Source of the DNA: Raillietiella orientalis
Lineage: Eukaryota
Length of the DNA stretch: 64,000 nt
NCBI GenBank assembly: GCA_036172245.1
Contig: JAYWIR010000031.1
Coordinates: 1,364,001-1,428,000 of the forward strand
Reading direction: 5' to 3'
Below, piece after piece: positions 56,594 through 64,000 of the stretch. Made by a program: the position numbers and the translations under genes. Under the pieces are notes generated by a model. It was not told the DNA's origin and did not search any database. It saw only the letters and a list, made by a program, of their open reading frames with translations. The first letter of the stretch is position 1; the number at the start of each line of letters is the position of its first letter.

Positions 56594-57869
56594 AAAGGGT
56601 CATATCACATCTCTTGACCAGTCATGTTGACGATTTAGGTTATCGCTTTCGTTTTTCCCCAGAGATTTGACAATATCTTTTTTAATTGCGATTCTTTTTC
56701 ATTAATTTGAATTGCAAGGATTTAAATTACTAAAGGAGATGGAAGAATTTCTATGATGTGATGTGTGTTCTTGCAGAAGCATTGAAAATTAATGATAGTT
56801 GAAAAAGATACCGCATTTACAGGAATTTAACCTGAATCATTGGTTTTAAACTTCCACTTTTGAACCTCGATGATAATACTAAATTTGAGGGTAATATGCT
56901 TTCATAAAAATACTTGTCCTCTGGTATTTTACTTATTTTATTCACAAAGTAAGAGCGAATCCGATTATAGACCTCTGATTGAAAACAGACTTGCCATTTA
57001 ATAAAAGTGTATTTCCAGGATTTCCTAAGTTTTTGTGAGTTCTTAGCATTATCCTATTTTCTTTCTTTTCTTCCATATTACATAGACCAGTCATAAGTTT
57101 GTTTATTTGAATCACTGGTTTGCATCCCAGCATTGAATATGAACTGTCAGCAATCAGTTTCTTGTTTCCACATAAGGTAAAGGGGGGGAGGACTAAGAGG
57201 AAAGGGGAAGGGGAGGGAAGATAAAGTGGGAGGATGCACTTTTTTGTACATCTTTGTAAAATACTATAACAGTTACCCAGTTCTTGTGACGAATGCCTCA
57301 GTCATTTTTTGCTATAAAGTAGACATATTTATAAGTTAACAAAAGAACTTGACTTCCAGGAGCTAAAGCTGAAATTTTTTTTGCTACTTTTGCAAATGCT
57401 GGTGTGATAATAAGATGAATGTCTATACAGAGGTCACAAATTTCTTAAAGGAGCAGACAATAACTTTAAAATATGCTAATTAAATCACAGTTTTCAGCAT
57501 GCATCATTGAGTTTTGTCACCTCTCAGCATTAAAGTGGTACTCTTGGACAGGAGTACATGATTTTTGGGAATGAGAGGATGCCGCCACGGTGGCATGGTC
57601 TCAAACACCGAGGTGTCATCTGGTTATTGAGAGCAGGCTAACAGCGGAAGGAGGAGGAGGGAGACACACCACACAAGTGGGATTGTTTCGGATAAACAAG
57701 CCGTGATCGACGGGGCATCGGATGAAACGCTCAGAACGAAATCCGAGATGCCCACCCACGCAGAATAGCCGGAGGATGGCAGGAGGAGGAACAGAGGAGT
57801 AAGAGGAAAGGCGGAGGAGGAAGGGAAGAAGAGGAGCTGCTAATAGCTGCAGAGGACCGACGGAATCTT

Positions 57870-59950
57870 TCAGACCGGGGAACATTCCATGTAGGGAACT
57901 TTCGACTCTCCCTGCATGGATCCGCAAGGGGAAAAGACAAACTCGGCCAACGAGCTATGCCTGGGAACACTGCAGATCACGAGTATCCGGATAAGCAGCA
58001 TCAGACGCTGATCGAGATAACATAAGAATGCATGTTCAGATGAGATTGGTGCGTCGCCATATTTCAGATACTTTTCCTCGATGGTAACCTGTTTCGACAG
58101 CCCTCGAGGGTCCGAAACGTCCCAGAGACCACGTGTTGTCACGAAAGTCCGCGATTCATGCGAATTATCTGCTCTGTTTCGAAAGTTCAAGATTCCATCG
58201 AGGTTTGGGAATGGTGCTTCGAGTCAGCTGCTCGGAATGCCGCAATGCCTATTGGACGTGAGAAATTACGTAGGAGCGAATTCATGTTCGAAAGTATCGC
58301 TGACAATCCTTTCAGATTTTCAGGCACGCAGAGGACCCGAGAATCTGAGAAAGAATTCGAATGCTTCAGAGGCCGAAAAGCATGAAGCAACCGTCCTTTC
58401 TGAGGAGCTGTGGTAGATGGCAAAGAGTTGCCCTAAGATTCATGATGGGGTGACTAAGGAGAGGTACGCGAAGAGGTTTGAAAATGATTGGAATAATAAT
58501 ACATGGAGCGAGTCTCGATAGGTTGATGAGGATGGAAACTAAGGCAATGGAAATCTTGACTGAGGGTGTGCTTTGTGCGTGGAGGCTGCTGTTAGTAAGT
58601 TTTTGATAGCAATTCGACTGGGTGAAGATAGGTTTGCATATTGATTGTGAGAGTCATCTAGGATGTGAAATCATAAATAAAGTGATTCTGCTTCAAAGTT
58701 CTTGCTAACGTCATGGAGGAATTCCTCCTTATGGATGGGAGTTTCGAAAATCATCGTCGCAAGTAATCGCGCGGAACCCTCGAGAAGTCATCCCAAAGCA
58801 TGAGCTGCTCTTTTGCTTTGGCCAACAGATGCTGGTAGAGGAGAAAGCACAGAAATGAATGCACATTCATGTGCAAGGTTCTAGCCTGCTCTTGACTCTT
58901 CCACGTTCTCTGAAGCAGATTTCTCCAACACAATCACCAGGTTTCATAGGATGCAGATCAGGGGAACTGAAGATTTACTGTCTTTTCTCAACCTGGCTTC
59001 CAGTACTATTCGAATGCTGTGACCATCGGACTCACGTTGTAGTCCTCCTGTCTGCTTCTGTTTGCTGCTGGTCTTCCTTCATGCCACATCTCATACCAAG
59101 CTTCCAGTCTTTCCCCACTCAGTCCTGCAGTTTCTATGGTGGTTCCTGTTCCTATAAACGAACCTGCGGATCTCCCTGTTTTTCTCTTAGAAGGCATGTG
59201 CTTCTTAACCACTGAAGAGTAACCACCTGTGTGCAAGACAGTTGGATGCCATCAGGTTTGCGAGATGGGAAGGGATGCACTGATGTGCCTCTCCATCAAT
59301 GTCCTCTAGTGTCAGGTTGGGTCTGGCATCTGGTCAGGTCCCGGAGAAGAAGAAAACTGACCCTGAAAATCGTTCTCATGGTACCAGCAGTTTGCCTAAA
59401 GGTCACTCGCCTGGTAAGGGTGGGAGATTTGGTTCGGAGCAGGTGATTCGCCACCCTGCCTGCCTCCACACCACCTCTGAGCAGTGACCTCCATGATCTG
59501 ACAAGAAGTGGCATCTCTGCCAAGGGGATACAGGAGATCCTCGTTCCCCCAGCTGGAGCACCACCTACAGCCTTCTGGGGGACTGGGGAAGGAGACAGCT
59601 CTCTGTGAGGAGAGAGCAGCAGCAGCAAGGCATCCCCCAGGAAGCAGAAGGTGGTGGGAAAGGGAGGGGGGGCTTGGATGGTGGCAGGAAGAGCTTCTGG
59701 GAGGACTCATTCCGCCTGCCCACCCTCCTCCACCCTTTGAGAGTAAAGGGACTGCCATGCAGCAAGGAAAATGCAGCCTTCAAAGAGGACGGACAGACAG
59801 AAGAAGTTGGTCCTTCTCCGACCTCCAGTGCATTCATGCAGCCAGGGTCATCTGGAAGATCCTTGACAGGCACCTTCCCAACTTGAATCTCTGGCCCGGA
59901 CGCACCACCCCCTTTCAACTGGAGAGAACGCCCCACGAGGTGCCTTGACC
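57870..59950 (-). mobile_element. Decayed Ty3/Gypsy gag-RT remnant
   Basis: WYEMWHEGRPAAN at ~59100-59060 (degenerate CCHC knuckle), LLRKDG, NFSRPIGIAAF (cf. FSxLDLxxAF), RMNRGLS (cf. RMPFGL) and FLCYLDQRL (cf. YLDDIL), in order on the minus strand. Confidence 0.5.
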
Positions 59951-60230
59951 CTTATTTTCTTTAGCCCAGGAGCAGCAGCCGTTCTGGGAGGTCACTCAGT
60001 AGTCTGTAACCTCGAAGGCCACTGTTCTACTATGTGATGCGGAATACAGTTCATACCCCAAAATGCGTGGTTTCCAGTGCTCTTTAGCATGAGAACTGCT
60101 CGGGAATAATGATGAATTCCGGTCAGTAGCGACTTGGGCTAAAGAATGGTATATTTAGCAAAAAAAAAAGTGCAAAAGTACCACTATAAAAATATTTGGT
60201 TTTCTGCTTCTTCAGAATCTTCGGCTATTT

Positions 60231-62968
60231 TCATTGCTGGAATGTATCTCTGCATTCTTTGGAGCAAAACACACTCCCATTCTTGCACAGAACTTTGCTT
60301 TTTAAAAGACCTTTACGACAAAACTGACAACAAAAGCACTCTGATCTGGCATGCCAATTGCAATCATTCAGACTAACTCGCTGCTCCTCAGGGTTAATAG
60401 CTAACTTGCATGTGCAACACAGCTACAAAAAATCATTGTGGTTATCAGCCAAATGCACCTGCATTTTAATATACTAACTTTGCCAAACTTTTGCTGGTAA
60501 CAGCTCAAACAGTAGGGTAATTCATCTTTGGTTATGTAACACTGACCAGCAAGAGGGCAATCACAAGCCCAACAACAAAAATGATTCAGATGCCAATCCC
60601 ATCCCTCTGCATGAGTGTACTCTTTGGAAAAGATTAATTCATCGCATGCCTTGCAGCGTGGAATTTTCACTTCTCCCGCAAAATGACGTCCACAAAATAT
60701 CTTTCCATTATGGTGAAAGTAAATGAGATCCACCAAAAGTTCCTAAGTAAAAAGAGAAAATGAAATGCGAGAATATTTTACTTTTCTTGGTTAATAAATC
60801 ATAGCAGTCAAAAAAAATGTTTCTAGAAAAAAAATATTGCTCATAAATAAAATCTCGCATGAAACTAAAAAACAACATAAAACAAAAGGAGAAACGAAAT
60901 TTACTACTGTTTTACCTTGCATAAGAACATATTTCCACGAGAATCTTAGAAAAACGTATAGTTTCAAGCAATGTGTCCATGAAAATGCTGGAACAGTAAT
61001 TTAATGACTTCAACCAGTCAGTTTCATTGAATACAACGTCTCTTAATATGTACAAGGAGAAAACGCACTCTATACATGCAGACATCAAATTTAGTACCTG
61101 TTCTTCATACATGGATAAATAAACTTGTGTAACAAGACCAACAGAAAAACACTCTACGGTGCAATAACTTGGAGGCATTTTTTTGAAAGCTTTTGAGATA
61201 TTTCCTTAAAACGATACACTTCACTTCATAAGCCGTGCTAAAACTTATTATTCAATTCATTAGCAATCATTGAGAACGGAAATATGATCTACGATGGTAA
61301 TCAACTCAATAGCTTAAGAACGGAATGACCTATTGCAAATAGATGAACTGGGGCCTTTATCTGAAAGAATATGTTCCCGAAATAATTGCAATACACAAAT
61401 AAACATGAAGACCCAGTTTCTATTCAAAATACGAAAATTCTGAAAGGAAGAACAATCCTGCAGCCACCCAGAGATGGCTGAAATCATTGCAAAACAGCTC
61501 TCAGTTTCTTCTGGTATGTGAAGGTTTGTTCTTACAAGGATGAAGGCGTTTCAAAATCATTCAATGAGCACAGGAATATTGCTCAATTCTGGACGAATAT
61601 AACCTGGCTTTTGAAGCCATAAATCTTCAAAGTTTCATGGCAAAAGCAATTTGAATTTAGTTTTCCAAAACTCTCATACTTTCAAAATTTGCAAGTTTGA
61701 TATCGATTCGATACTTTAAACGACGCTAAAAGTGCAAGTAGTAAGCAACTGTAGTACCTTCTATTTAAATGAAAAATGTATTACAGACAATGGGCTATAG
61801 AAGTGAATTTCAACACCGTCATAAACCAGTGTCTTATGCATTATTGTGCTAATTACTGTAAAGGAAACTAATGAAATCATATTAAACGTTTTAATAGGAT
61901 ATGCTAAATAGCTTTTAATTAAGAATGGAATAAAGTCGTTAGCACCAGAATATTAGAAGTAATAACAAACTAGAGACAAATACCAAGACGTGTTTTGTTC
62001 ACACTTTGATCTGAGAATCGCTTCTCGGCCTTTTGGCTGGCGTTCACACCAAAACATACGTAACTATTGATCCTCAAGATGACAGGAGGAACTGATTGCT
62101 GATTACAAATCTCCTGGCTTTCCAAGATTGTGATAACATTTTAAAACACACTTCGAAAACAACAGTATCAAAAAACCCCTTGTGATGATTGATTAGAAGT
62201 TAATTCCAGTTTTACTCAAGATCTATTAGAGGAGACAAAAAATCATTGGTAATGATGAAAGTCTACGCAGAATAAAAAAATGAAATAAGTCAAAACTTTT
62301 TCCTGTCAAGAAAACTCATCAAGATGAATTTGAAAAAACAACTCTGCATTACGAATATATATTCATGAACTTATTTAACTCCTTATTCACACACTCTTTT
62401 TGTCAAAGTTGGAAATACATCCTCCAATAACATGAACTTTCAAACACAATCAGTACTGACACATAGGTTTCTGGCAGCTTGTGTAATCAAGTAACACATG
62501 TATGGAAATAAATGCAACACACTGTATGATACAGAAGTATTCCTTTAAAATTTACATAATAACTTACTTTACAAATGCAACATGTAAAACATGAAGGATG
62601 CCAACACTTGTTCTTTCCAACTCGATCAGCAAACACGGCCACTTCTCCCTTTTTAATAGCTTGGGAACATTCACAGCAATTCCAAGTTCTTGTATCCGTG
62701 CATGACAAATTGTCTCCTGTTGTAGGAGATGAATTGCAGATGGAGTTATTTTTTAATGCAAGTGACTCGGAATCGAGTTTGTTTTCTGTAAGTTCAGAAA
62801 GAAGCTCAGCTGATCTTGTGTTTCCTGTTCCTTGCTGACATGGGTAAACAATTAAAAAAACATTCTTGCATCAAGGTACTTACTTCCTTCACAACTGATG
62901 ATGCAAATTCTTTTACCATACCTAAACCTACAACATGCTGTTTGATATTTTCTATGTATTCCTGCAGG
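60231..62968 (-). CDS. TES: Testin (PET + 3 LIM), 3' portion; exons 62968-62884, 62834-62568, 60742-60479, 60422-60231; 5' exons probably beyond the window
   Basis: PET end (EYIENIKQHVVGLGMVK); LIM1 CCEC..[27 protein letters not shown]; LIM2 PRCKACDELIF..WHLNHFCC; LIM3 CCTCKLAINPEEQRV..WHARSECF..FCSKEC. The stop comes right after LIM3, as in testin and unlike prickle. Confidence 0.9.
62001..62038 (+). pseudogene. Truncated, rearranged U2 snRNA 5' fragment
   Basis: 62017-62038 ATCGCTTCTCGGCCTTTTGGCT matches U2 nt 1-22. 62001-62012 is the reverse complement of AGATCAAAGTGT (U2 nt ~24-35). No Sm site or 3' half. Confidence 0.85.
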
Positions 62969-64000
62969 CTAAAAATGTGCATTTAGAACTTTTTTATCCA
63001 AAGAATATCAAAAAACACACTTTTGACTAATTATTCCAAAAATCAAAATCATCTAGGATATTAATGGAACTCCCTCATAACATTAGCCCATATAAAAACA
63101 TCAAATTTCATCAATCAGAATCTTTCTAATCAAAGATAAATATTTAAGGATTAATTGCAATTATTTCTAATCTTTATGAATAGCTAATCTTTATTCTTCC
63201 TAAAACCAAATATGCGATCAGTTACAATTAATGTAATTTTCTATTTCTCATATGATTCACATATCAGGAGGATATGATTTCACATTATGAAACACTCAAC
63301 AAAAGTATAGTAATCTTAAATAGAAGATATCCCTATTTTCACTTCTATAACAGTGCTACCAACTATACATGCAAAAATCCTGATACAAGGGTGGCATTAT
63401 TCTGTAAAACAAGAATATAGCAAATTTCCCTGCTTATCAACCATATATAAACGCAACATAACCAAAGTATCATTCTTAAAGTTGGAAGATTTTGCAAAAA
63501 ATCTCAAGCGTCGAAGTTTAATATCGCATATTGAAAATAATCATTTTTAGTAAAGTATTAGAAGCAATTTCTCTCTGTGCATAAAACTTGATGGCTGCCA
63601 AAAATCACCCAGTGCTAGCCAGTTTCCAGAATTACATAAAGGATGTCCTATTCAAGCTAATTGCTTTACAATCATTACACTCACTTCATATAGCCCTGCT
63701 TTTTTCCTGGAAATCTTTATTTTTTCTTGTGGTGCTCTTCCAACAAGAAAGAAAGAAATCAAAATTATAAATGAAAGATTTGAATACATTTTGATCAGCC
63801 CTACTAAGCAGCAGTAAACTCCAAAGATATATCTTGACATCATTGAATAGTTTTTAGGTTTCAAATTTTTACTTGCCCTTCTTGTGTATAATGTATTTTG
63901 TCTAAGTATGTTCAAGACTATTTCAACAGATAGACTTGCATGTCCTGCAAATTAATTTAGTTACCTGAAGTATAATTTACATACTGCAGAAAAACAAAGC

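Noticed and set aside
57712..57753. GGGCATC..GATGCCC stem resembling a hammerhead ribozyme
   Set aside because: Lacks the CUGANGA core and three-stem topology.
63961..64000. Possible 19-nt testin micro-exon at the window edge
   Set aside because: Cannot be validated without the upstream exons.

Overview
Eukaryotic, invertebrate-like (probably arthropod) genomic DNA, so the six-frame ORF track is mostly uninformative and the gene models were spliced by hand. AT-rich gene islands with very short GT-AG introns (mostly 40-58 nt) carry SPRING1/C12orf49 (+), Ran (-), syntaxin-1A (+), SNRNP35 (+), trichoplein (-) and the 3' part of testin (-). They alternate with more GC-rich blocks of heavily decayed retroelements (BEL/Pao, Ty3/Gypsy, L1/Tx1-like and CR1/L2-like LINEs) that are recognisable only from motif order. 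The notable items are: (1) three tandem alternative transmembrane-anchor exons in syntaxin-1A; (2) a GC-rich three-exon gene I cannot assign to any family, with an HSE-like array upstream and an in-frame TGA-C followed by a repeat of its own domain; (3) a rearranged U2 snRNA 5' fragment in a testin intron; (4) a detached copy of part of a testin LIM exon; (5) a strand-switching microsatellite. All family assignments come from recalled motifs; no database search was run. I found no prokaryotic-type system (CRISPR, operon).
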